Assembly (NCBI RefSeq): GCF_030144855.1
Contig: NC_082724.1
Coordinates: 34,534,001-34,598,000, forward strand
Direction: 5' to 3'
Length of the DNA: 64,000 nucleotides
From: Hypanus sabinus
Taxonomy: Eukaryota
Position numbers and translations under genes: made by a program. How positions within the stretch are numbered: the first letter of the stretch is position 1; each line of letters starts with the position of its first letter. This document shows positions 13,975-25,900 of the stretch, one piece after another. The notes under the pieces were generated by a model, which was not told where the DNA came from, made no database searches, and saw nothing but the letters and a program-made list of their open reading frames with translations.

Positions 13975-16900
13975 CTAAAAAGTAAATTATATTAGTTATT
14001 CAAAACCTAACACAATTACAATTCCAGCAGACATATTACACTCAGCAACTTTCCTTTCAAAATAACTTAAAAAATGATAACTGTCTTGCCAAAGTTATAT
14101 TCCAACTATGCAGCTACTGGATAAATTCAACAAGTTACAACATACATTATAAGATTAATTTTGGAGACTCAGGCTAGCATAAAAAGTGTTTAAAATTTAA
14201 GTATAAGATGCATTTCAAGCAGCTCGGATTTGTACCTCTGAGAAAAAATAGAATATTTTGCAATGCTGTCCTCCTTCCACCTTCCTTTGTTTCAATCTAA
14301 GTGTTTTTATTTTGAATGAGACGCATTCCAGAGTGAAAGGTTCCCTGCTATTACTCACCCAGGTAATCAATATTAACGTGCAAGCCTGGCAGTGAATCCG
14401 CACATCTGAATCTCTACTTACCCATTACCACCATCTGCTTTCCAAGCTCAACAAGAGCAGGGGTTCCCAAACTGCTGGTCCACCGATCCCTTGCTTAGTG
14501 GTATTGGACCATTAATTAAAAAAGAGGCTGGGAACCTCTGCTATAAACACTGAGTGGAACTCCATTAGAGTTTTAGAAACATCGAAAACCTACAGCCCAA
14601 TACAGGCCCTTCGGCCCACAAAGCCATGTTGAACATGTCCTTACCTTAGAAGTACTTGGGCTTACCCATAGCGCTCTATTTTTCTAAGCTCCATGTACCT
14701 ATCCAGGAGTCTCTTAAAAGATCCTATCGTTTCCGCCTCCACTACTACTGCTGCCGGCAGCCCATTCCACGCACTCACCGCTCTCTGCATAAAAAACTTA
14801 CCCCTGACATCTCCTCTGTATCTACTACCAAGCACCCTAAAACCATTCCCTCTTGTGCTAGCCACTTCAGCCCTGGGAAAAAGCCTGACTATCCTCATGA
14901 TCAATGCTTCTCATCTTATACACCTCTATCAAGTCACCTCTCATCCTCCGTCGCTCCAAGGAGAAAAGGCTGAGTTCACTCAACCTATACTCATAAGGCA
15001 TGCTCTCCAAACCAGGCAACATCCTTGTAAATCTCCTCTGCACCCTTTCTATGGTTTCCACATCGTTCCTGAATGAGGCGACCAGAACTGAGCACAGTAC
15101 TCCAAGTGGGGTCTGACCAGGGTCCTATATAGCTGCAACATTACCTCTCGACTCCTAAACTCAATCCCACAAATAATGAAGGTCAATGCACTGTATGCCT
15201 TCTTAACCAAAGAGTCAACCGGCGTAGCAGCTTTGAGTGTCCTATGGACTCGGACCTCAAGATCTCTCTGATCCTCCACACTGCCAAGAGTCTTACCATT
15301 AATACTATATTCTGCCATCACATTTACCTTCCAAAATGAACCATCTCACATTTATCTGGGTTGAACTCCATCTGCCACTTCTCAGCCCAGTTTTTGCATC
15401 CTATAATGTCCCACTGCAACTTCTGACAGCCCTCCACAATACTCACAACACCCCCAACTTTTGTGTCATCAGCAAATTTACTAACCACTTCCTCATACAG
15501 GTCATTTATAAAAATCCAAAGAGAAGGGGTCCCAGAACAGATCCCTGAGGCACACCACTGGTCACCAACCTCCGTGCAAAATATGACCCGTCTACAACCA
15601 CTCTGTCTTCTGTGGGCAAGCCAGTTCTGGATCCACAAAGCAATGTCCCCTTGGATCCCACGCCTCCTTACTTTCTCAAAAAGCCTTGCATGGGGTAACT
15701 TGTCAAATGCCTTGCTGAAATCCATATACAGCATGTCCCCGAGTTACCAATGTCCAATTTACGAACAATTCGTACTTACAAATGGCCTGCCATAAAGCCT
15801 ATTATATTAAAAATTCATCGGCTCAAGGAAGGAGAATGCCATCCTCCATTTTAAGTCTGATCACAGTGCCGTTAACACTGTGTTGAGTGTGTAACTTTGT
15901 ATTTGGCTTAAATTTTTCTTAACAAGATTCACCCTGACACCCCCACCCCAACCCTTTTCCAGTCAGCACTGCCCCTACTTGTCCCATTTAACCTGTCTCT
16001 GTACGGGTGAAATTTAGGACCCGGAGAGCTTAGGACTTGCCTCCTGCGGCTGCTGCTGAATCCGCAGTGTTTCTGTTTTGTTGACGGAAAATGATCACGA
16101 TTGAAAATAAAGTGGAAATAAAGCAATTTGAAACACCATCAGTCACTGGAAAAGCGTTAGGCTACAGCCGGTCAACGATCAGAACAATTTTAAAGGGTAA
16201 AGTGAGAATAATGGAGCATGTGAAAGGCCCTGCCCCAATGAAAGCTACAATTACTAAGCAACACAGTGGTTTAATTATTGAAATACATACATTTTTAAGT
16301 GTTTTATATGCATAGAAAGGTAAACTAAATACTATATACTAAGGTGAACATTTGACTAACTGACACTAAATAATACCGGATGACCCTCTTCCGACTTGCG
16401 TACAAATCCGACTTAAAGATGGGCTCAGGAATGGAACTCATTCGTAACCCGGGGACAGCCTGTACACTACATCTACTGCTCTAACTTCATCAATGTATTT
16501 AGTCATATCCTCAAAAAATTCAATCAGGCTCATAAGGCACAACCTGCCTTTGACAAAGCCTTGTTGACTATTCCTAATCATTTTATGCCTCTCCACGTGT
16601 GTTCCTAATCATTTTATGCCTCTCCAAATGTTCATCACTGGTGCCAAGCTGCATGGGTCCTAGTGCTCTTCCCTTGGACAACATCGGTGGCATGGAGAGG
16701 GGAAGGCCTGCAGCTTGGACAACTGCCAGTCTCCCATACAACCCTGCCCAGGCCTGCGCCCTGGAAACTCCAGGCACAGATCCATGGTCTCTCAAGACCG
16801 ACGGACGCCACCAACAAATGTTCATAAATCCTTCCTCTCAGGATCTTCTCCATCAACTTACAAACCACTGAAGTAAGACTCACTGGTCTATAATTTCCTG

Positions 16901-19900
16901 GGCTATCTCTATGCCCTTCCTTGAATAAGGGAACAATATCCGCAACCCTCCAATTCTCCGGAACCTCTCCCATCCCCATGGATGATGCAACGATCATCAC
17001 CAGAGGCTCAGCAATCTCCTCCCTCGCCTCCCACAGTAGCCTGGGGTACATCTTATCTGGTACCAGTGACTTATCCAATTCGATTTCATTTTCCCAATTC
17101 AAAGAAAGAGAGGCCAATTGTAATCTACTCCCCAACCAAATCTATAACCGCTAAGTAGGACTGATATTTCTAACAGTAGAGATGAATGAATTCAGTGTTA
17201 GCATTTTGAAGAATATGATTATGATGTTAAAATTTGCACTTGAGCTGAAAATAAATAGTATATACCTTAAGTTGTAGACGCAACTTGGGAATTTCATTCA
17301 CTTTCTCTTGCAGTTCATCATTCTGTGTAGTTAATTTGACAAGTTCCTCAGCCATGATAGCTCGACTTCTTTCGAGATTGGAAATTTCAAGCTGCAAAAA
17401 CAAAGCTTGATTTAGTTGATCTATATTATTTTTTGAAGATAGAAAAGATCAAGGAGATTCATTTAATCATTAATTTGGCAGTACAAAAAATAATTAGAAA
17501 GATGCAAATAATATTCCTGCTCACTCTTCAATGGATTGGTTTATATTAATAGAACAATTAATATATTCTGCAGTTATTTGAAGAAATTTGAAACCTAATA
17601 TCCAAGATAGCTTCAAAACCTGTCTGATTTCATTTTCAAGATAGTTCAAATTCAAAGCATCTGATTTTTTTTTTAGGTTAATAAAGCTAAATTAAGTGAC
17701 AGCTCACTGCTTCAGGTGTTACTGCATGGAACTCACCAAGTAATGCTGACTTAACACTTAGAATAAACGAAAAAAAATCTAAATAACCTTGAAGTTTTAT
17801 GCACAACATATGGCTAACATAAATTCAGAAAAATCACACATCTGATACACAATGCTTTATGTAATACAGTCACCCCCTCCTTATCCGCAGGTTCCGCATG
17901 CACGATTCAACCAACCGTGGATTGGAAAACCCGGAAGTTCTCTCTCTAGCACTCATTGTTTGAGCATGTACAGACTTTTTTTTCTTGTCATTATTCCCTA
18001 AACAATACAGTACAGACAGTCCCCGAGTTACAAACGTCTAACTTACGGACAACTCGTACTTATGAACGGAGAGAGGAGAACGCCGTCCGCCATTTTAAGT
18101 CGTTGCCATTAACACTGTGTTCAGTGTTTAACTTTGTATTTAGCTTAAATATTTCTTAGCAGGATTCACCCTGACCCCGCCACTTTTCCAGTCAGCACTG
18201 CCCCCATTTGTCCCTTCTCAGTGCAGGTAGACTTTAGGACCCAGAGCAGCACAAGATCCACTGCCCATGGCTGCTGCTGTATTTTTTTATTATTAAGTGT
18301 GATCGTGAACAATAGCCAGATCAGAAATGCTGATCAAGTCAGCTAGTTCCTAGAGGGAATTCTGGTGGGCCAATCAGACGGTTCACTGCTGCTCAGCAAT
18401 AGAACATAAAACCCACAGTTTTCTGTTCCATTGATAGAAAACGATCGCAATTGAAATTAAAGTGGAAATAATAAAGCAATTGATAAGAGGTGAAACGCCA
18501 TCGGTCTTTGGAAAAGCTTTAGGCTACAGTCAGTCAACGATCGGAACAACTTTAAAGGAATCAGGTAAAGGATAAAGTGAGAATAATGGAGCATGGGAAA
18601 GGCCCTGCCCCGCTGAAAGCTACAATTATTACTAAGCAACGCAGTGGTTTAATTATTGAAATCCATACACTTCTTAAGTGTTTTATATGCATAGAAAGGT
18701 AAAATATATACTATATAGTAAGACAAACGTTTGACTAACTGATGCTAAATAATACCGGGTGTACCAGTTCCAACTTGCGTACAAATCAGACTTAAAGACG
18801 GACTCAGGAACGGAACTCGTTCGTAACCCGGGGACTGCCTGTATAACAACTATTTACATAGCATTTACATTGTATTAGGTATTATACATAATCTAGAGAT
18901 GATTTAAAGTACAGGCAGTCCCCGGGTTACGAACGAGTTCCGCTCCTAAGTCCGATGTGTATGTAAGTCGGAACAGGTACATCCGATATTATTTAGCTTC
19001 AGTTAGTCAAATGTTTGTCTTATTATATAGTATATATTTTACCTTTTTATGCATACAAAACACTTAAGAAACATATGTATTTCAATAATTAAGCCACTGC
19101 ATTGCTTAGTAATAATTGTAGCTTTCATTGGGGCAGGGCCTTTCACATGCTCCATTATTCTCACTTTATCCTTTAAAATTGTTCCGATCATTGACCAACA
19201 GTAGCCTAACGCATTTCCAATGACCGATGGCATTTCACCTTTTTCCGATCACTTTATTATTTCCACTTTATTTTCAATTGTGATCATTTTCTGTCAATGG
19301 AACAGAAACACTGCAGTCTCAGTAGCCGCTGCAGGCGGCCGGTCCTCAGCTCCCCCGGGTCCTAAAGTCCATCTGCACTGAGACAGGTTAAATAAGGGAC
19401 TTGAGCATCCACGTTTTATGGTATCTGCGGGGGGGACCTGGAACCAATCCCCCGCGGATAAGGAGGGCCAACTGTATGTATCAGTCTCATTGCTAATGGA
19501 CAACAGGAACTGCTTAAGATGTCAAATCCATTGAAGGCCATTAGTAATGGACTATAAATCCCAGATTCCAGTAATAAAAGATGTCAAACATTATCCTCAT
19601 ATACATTATTTATTAGTTTAATGAGCAAAAATGGGAGGGAATAGTTTGCAAATAAAATTGAAAGGCACATTGTGCCTTCAATACAAGACCACCAAGAAAT
19701 TACCTAAAAATATTAATAATCTTCCCAAACATCAATGAGGAAAACTATAAACAACACTCACGAAAATTACCTAGAACATTCAATGCTGGCTATGTTTACA
19801 AAAAACAACAATCCTGTTTTAGCATACTCTTTGTGGATAATAATTCTGCCAATATCCAAATTGATACAACCTGCCAAGCTACCTACAATCAATCCAATTC

Positions 19901-22900
19901 AAATGTACTTAGTTTAACAGCCTGGCAGACAAAGAAAATATATTTTAAAAACTATACAGGTCACATAAAAAATGTGAAGAAATTCAGTCATTTTGTTATG
20001 CTAAGTAATCCCAAGGCCTGTACTAATGATTTGAAAAAATCATACCATGGCAATGTGATAACAGAATAAAAAGTTGGCTTCAGCAATGGCAACAATGAAA
20101 GTACCGGATTTTCACATTCAGTCCATTTAATGCCTGTAATTGCACTGCAAACCATCACTGCTTTCTGAGGCAGCACTCTCTCCACACAAACCACATTGGT
20201 TCACAGGCAGCTCTTCAACGTTTTGCTCAAGTAGAATGAAGAAACATAGGCCTACCCAGCAATATTCTTGTAAAATAAACAAAATCAATAAAACAATCTA
20301 AGCATTAAATGTTAAATCAAAGATATTTGATTGCAAAATGAAGAAAAATTTGGATAATACTGTGTATCTAAAATGCCAAGATAAATTGGTCAGAAATCAA
20401 TGAAATTCATTTCCACTTTTAGAATTGCAAGAATGCAAAGATTGTAAAGACTAGCAGTCACATTAATTGACATCCCACAACTTGTAGCTATTAGTTAACA
20501 GAACCTGGATTCATTTTCACTACAAAGATGTAGTTATAAGTTTTTTTTTCCCAGAAATATTTGATTCTGGCTTTGTTTAACAATCTCCAAGCATAAACGA
20601 TGAACTCCAATATTACACACTAGGCATTTCATACCGGGAATAAAAGACCAATTCCAGAATACCCTTTCAATAACTTCACTAAGGTTTATTTTTCTCTCCC
20701 ATATCACCCCAAATTAAGAGCTTTCTTTCTTTCAACGTTCTCAAAAGGTTCTCTTTTCTACCTTCGCTCTTGCTGATGCTTCTCTGACCCCTCCCTACCC
20801 TTTCAGTTTTTTTAAAAATTAAGGTTCCAATGCCTATTAGAAATACATACTAGCTAATTTGAAAATAGTGATCTTCAAATTCAAAAGATGGTGCAGGCAT
20901 TACAATTATATTTTATGTACCTATTGAAATAGCTGTACCAGATTTTGAATAAGAGTAAAGAATTGGGAGGTTAATATAGTACAGATGCATAGAACGCATT
21001 CTCATCCCAGTGAGTTAAGTCAAAGCATATTAAACAGTATAATTAAGAAGTAGCTCTAAAGAGGTACACTGGGCAGTTCAAAGCAAAAGGCATTGAGTAG
21101 TCAATAGAAGGTGCAACAGTATATTATAGATGTCTTTATGCATTAGTTACTTTATTGCTACTGACCTGCAGCTGTGCAATTTCTCCCTCTCTTTGTTTTA
21201 GTTGAGACTGCAAATTTTCGAAGATGCTTGATTCTGCTCCCATTCTGAGTACATCATACAAGCTGTTACTGCTGGCCGATGTAGTTAGAGGTGCAAATGA
21301 ATTTTCAAATAAATCATCCTAAAAAAAATACATCATAACTAAATTTTCAATGTTCAATTCTTTCCAAGCCCTGTTGTTCAATTTGAATGAGACAGTGCAG
21401 AATGACAGACCAAGGTTTTACTATCCATCTGACCCTGCCTTTTACTCCTGCCAAATTTTGTCTGTCATAGAAACTAATATTCCAACTCAAGTTTCAAGTT
21501 AGACACTGCAACCACAATGAAAATCTAATCTCGAAACTTATAGATGCTGAGAAGTGGACATCTTTGGTAGCTGTTGTTTGCATGCAAAGAGTCAGCAAAG
21601 TATGGACTCTCAGTATTTTAACCCCACATCTTATATTTACACTAGACTGGACATATGGTGACAGCAGGATAGAGAAAGGATTACCATTAAGCCCACTGTG
21701 TGTAAAATAAAATGAAATTATTTCCCAGTAGCAAGATTAAATATGAACAACATTTTAAAATATCTTATACCAAGTGAATTAATTGCACTAACACTTTAAA
21801 GAATATTTCAAGATGTCCAATGAATTATGTGGATTTAACGGAAACTTGCTAAGTTTGTGACATCATAATTCACATTAGACCACAATAAACAAAATCAGAA
21901 TTTACACTAGCTTCACAGTGCAAAACAAGCAAGATTATTACTGCCATTCTTCTCTACTACACCAGCTGTCTAGTGCTGTTATGTCTTCTCCAAGCTGCTG
22001 AAACATCAGATTCTCTTAAGTGCTTCTCAGCATTTTTAATATCCAAATTCCACTCAATGACATGTTAAAGACAGGTTTGCAATGGGGTTTTAATAGCATA
22101 TAGGTGAGCTATAGCCTCAAACATGAGGAATCAAACTGAACATCTTAAAATTAGAAGCATTCATCCTAAGTCTTTTAAATGCAGAATAGTAGAAGCCTTA
22201 TTGAAACATTTTTGCCAGTGAGGAAATATTTCATTATATTTTACACGCCATTATTTGCAGATATGCATTAAAGTAAGTTTTTCCCACATTAAAGCACAAC
22301 AGTATCAGAATGCCTAAAATCAGTATCAGATGCCTAAAATAAGAAATTAGGTAAATTATTGAAGACAGTTGACAAGCACAAATCCCTAAAATATTTTAAT
22401 GAAGCAAATGAATGAACTACTTTGATGTTGCTAAAATAAATGATGCCAATTAGGCACTCAGAAGGCCTTGTGAGTACACCAGACATTATTTTTGACTAGA
22501 CATGTTACAGTAAAACAATAATTCAGCACCCTCAGGGTATTGTTGCCATGAGACTGCCAGACTTTTTTTTGGAATATTAGATATTACTCTTATTTATACC
22601 CCAACCATTTTCCTTTAAAATCATACACAGTGGTATTATAAATTTTTAAGTGATTATGTGGAAAGGGAGTGCAGGAAAAAGAGCCCAATTCATTTAAAGG
22701 AAATGCAGGAAACGTGGCCCTTGAGAGCCAGATGGTAAAACATCAGAATTTCCAACTGACCAGATAGCAAATTACGAGTTTTAGTATAGCATCCTACCAT
22801 ATCTCCAAGAGGACCGCAACCTTGTCATGGTTTGGAAGCTTGTGTGCCTTAATGACCCAGAGAGCAATGTTGGCTAGAGTCATGACTTTAGGCTTTGGCT

Positions 22901-25900
22901 CTTTGTAGGGTTACTCATGTCAAACAGGTCAAAGTGCACAGGCCAGTCTAAGAGTGGCCCTCCGGTCCTCCAGGTTGGGGAGATTCAGCTCGGGGCTAAC
23001 ACTTACTGGTTTTTAAAAAAATTGTTACAGAAACAGCAATGAAGAATCCTTCTACATATGAGTGCAATGGTATTCCTGAGTCTCCACTTGGGACTTGCAT
23101 GACTGACAGTAATGAAAACTGAGAGGCAACTACTGACATGATAGAGGAAGTCCTGAATACCGCCAGAGATGAAGGACTTTCATTGCTGCCCCAAATGCTA
23201 GCAGCAAAACGGGCAGCAAGTATCCAACCAAAGATGTATCAAATACTTGGCCAGAAATACAAATTACTCCAAGAATCATAAATGACACTATTTTTCATTT
23301 TCTTTCTCAGTCCAGGTTTGTATTACAACACTAACAAATGTTTAAATGCTATCCGCCTTTGTCATTTATTGTGACTCTGCTTACAGGTATTCTGTCTACA
23401 AGGATCATTAACATCCTCTACCTCACCACTGTAAACTCACCAATGCTGCACTGAACCACGAAAAATGAATCTACCATAAAGCTTCACATTTCCTGAATGG
23501 TTTAATACAACAGTTAAAATTAGCAACGTCCACACTGCCCGTGACTGATTACCTAACCCCATTAGAGGCATACCATATTGGCCTCAAGCATGCGATTTTC
23601 CCCCATGAGAGTTCTCGTTGCCCTGCTGGAAGCGAATACAGCCTCTTTCCAACAAGGAATGTTATTTCCCTCTGCAGAGAATTCTAAGAAAACCACTCTT
23701 AGAAAAAACAAGAGGTTGTGAGACTGCCACTATCCCTTTCCAGAATTCAGTTTTCAGACAGATCTCTGGCTGCTTCCAATGCTCATCATCATTATGTAGA
23801 GTTTGATGTCTCTCTATGACACAACAGTGCAGCTGTGGCACTCTGGGTCATGCTATGGCAGGCAGGTAGGCCTCTCTGCCTCACGTCGCGTCCATCTCTT
23901 TCGGAGAATGTTGGTGATATTGTACAAATGTAGGATGGTATTGTGGTTCTGCATTTATGGATTGGACTATTAAGTTTACGGACTGTTGACTTTTTTTCAG
24001 ACTTATGGTTTTTATATTTTTTCTTTAATTGCCCATTCCTTTTCTGTTTTGTCGTACTGGGTTTTTTTTTGGGGGGGGGGGAATGTTGATAATCAGGATG
24101 CCATTCTTTTTTTGTACAGGGGAGTTTGATGTTTCTCTCTGAAAGACTTTCATGGCTGTCTGGAGAATACATATTTCAGAGGTGTATATGGATACATGCT
24201 TTGATTATAAGTGAACCTTGCTGAGATCATTTGCACCATTTCTGACCCGGTATTTTCCATTTTCTCAGTCCCTACTTGGATACTTTGAAATTCTTTTCTT
24301 TGATTTCCAGAATCTTTCTAGCCATTTCGCCAGCTTCCCTTTCATACCAGTGCTGGAAAATTAGACATTCCTACCTGGGAATGGCTGGAGGTTTGTAAGA
24401 TTGCCATCTCAGCACCACTAACAGAACTGGATCGAGAGAGAGTTGGGGTGACGGTCAAAGCCTCTGGTCCCTGATTAGTAAGTAGTTTCCGCTCCTTTGA
24501 AAGAAACAAAACTTGAGATTACAAAACATGTCAAGCAATGTAATTCTTATGCGAACATGTCTAACTCACGGAAGCAATTCCATACTAATGAGATCTAATT
24601 AGAATTTTTAAGCTAAATACCTTCTCTTTTAATGCATCTTGTGCAAGGATTGCCTTTTTCCTTTCCTGTTCAACTTTCAACTTTTCCACTTCCAACTGTT
24701 TACTCAGGGCATTCTAATAAGAGAAAATATCATGAGTTGGATTGAAAGACAATAGTCCAGCAGACTAATTAAATAAATGAGTTTTTTGTTACCTTTTCCT
24801 TTTTTGATTCTTCAAGAGCCTTAATGTATTCAGACTTCAGATTGTCAAAAGCCACCCGATTCCTGAAAATATTAAGTGCTTATTTTCCAATAATTAAACT
24901 CATCTGTATCTATACTAATAGCATGTAATAGAGCAGTTTAGTTATCAAATCCAGACTTGTACAAGATGTTGCATGAATACGTTATTAATATGCAAATTTT
25001 TCAGTCTTATTACACATTTTACATCTGTAAATCCTGTTGTCACATTGCAAGCTCCTATATCCAAATTAGTAATTATTTTTGCCCATGGAAAATAACTGAA
25101 TTCAGCACATTTCCCAGCTTATTACTGCAGAAGTACAAAAAGTCTCTGTTACATAAATTAATGGAAAAACTAAGTGACTTGCTTTTTATTTCACTTCATC
25201 TCAATGCTTCAAATAACTATAAATTGGTTTTTAACTTCCTTTAATATGTATTTAATTATTTTGAATCAATTTTAGGCTTAGATCATCAGAAACATTTAAA
25301 TGCAGTTGAAATGCTTTTGAAGGCAGTGAGCTGTCAAAAGGCTTTCAAGGATGTTTATAGACTGGGCACTAGGAACTGCCACAAAGACTAATCACTACTT
25401 GAGAGCACCCTGACTCCAACTACAAGAATTAGAGCAGGGATTCCCTACCTTTTGACACTGAATCCATGAACACTACATCTCTGCCTTTTTTTTGTATTTA
25501 TTTCTGATTTTTGCACTACTTATTTTAACTTATCTATTTAATATGCACACATATACATATACGCAAACACATACATATACTGTATTCTGCTTTTTTCTAT
25601 ATTTATCAAGTTTTGCACTGTATGATTGGTGCAACATTAATACATTTCACAACATACGAAACCTGATTCTGAAATGTTTGTTTACAGGCAGGCACAAGAA
25701 AATATAAACTACTATGTAGATCCAACTGGTGGCACTATTTGGATTAATATAGGAAACATCCATACAAACCAAAAAAACAATGACATGTATGTTTGTCTAA
25801 AATCAGGCAAACATTTTAAAATTAATTTATTTCACATTATCAGTATAAAATCTATTGATTTTGGTTCTTCCTGGAAAAATATAAACATTTTTGTTTCAAA

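Larger units (their letters stand above)
14575..17080 (-). mobile_element. 5'-truncated CR1 LINE (RT to 3' end) in TMF1 intron 16, with two nested insertions
   Basis: NYRPVSLTSVV, YMDFSKAFDK, SKFADDTK, LVRPHLEYCAQFWSP and RGDLIEVYK motifs, with frameshifts. Confidence 0.9.

Noticed and set aside
16091-16315. TIGD/CENP-B-like ORF as a domesticated gene
   Set aside because: Only the N-terminal HTH remnant inside a multi-copy TIR element; sister copies are disrupted
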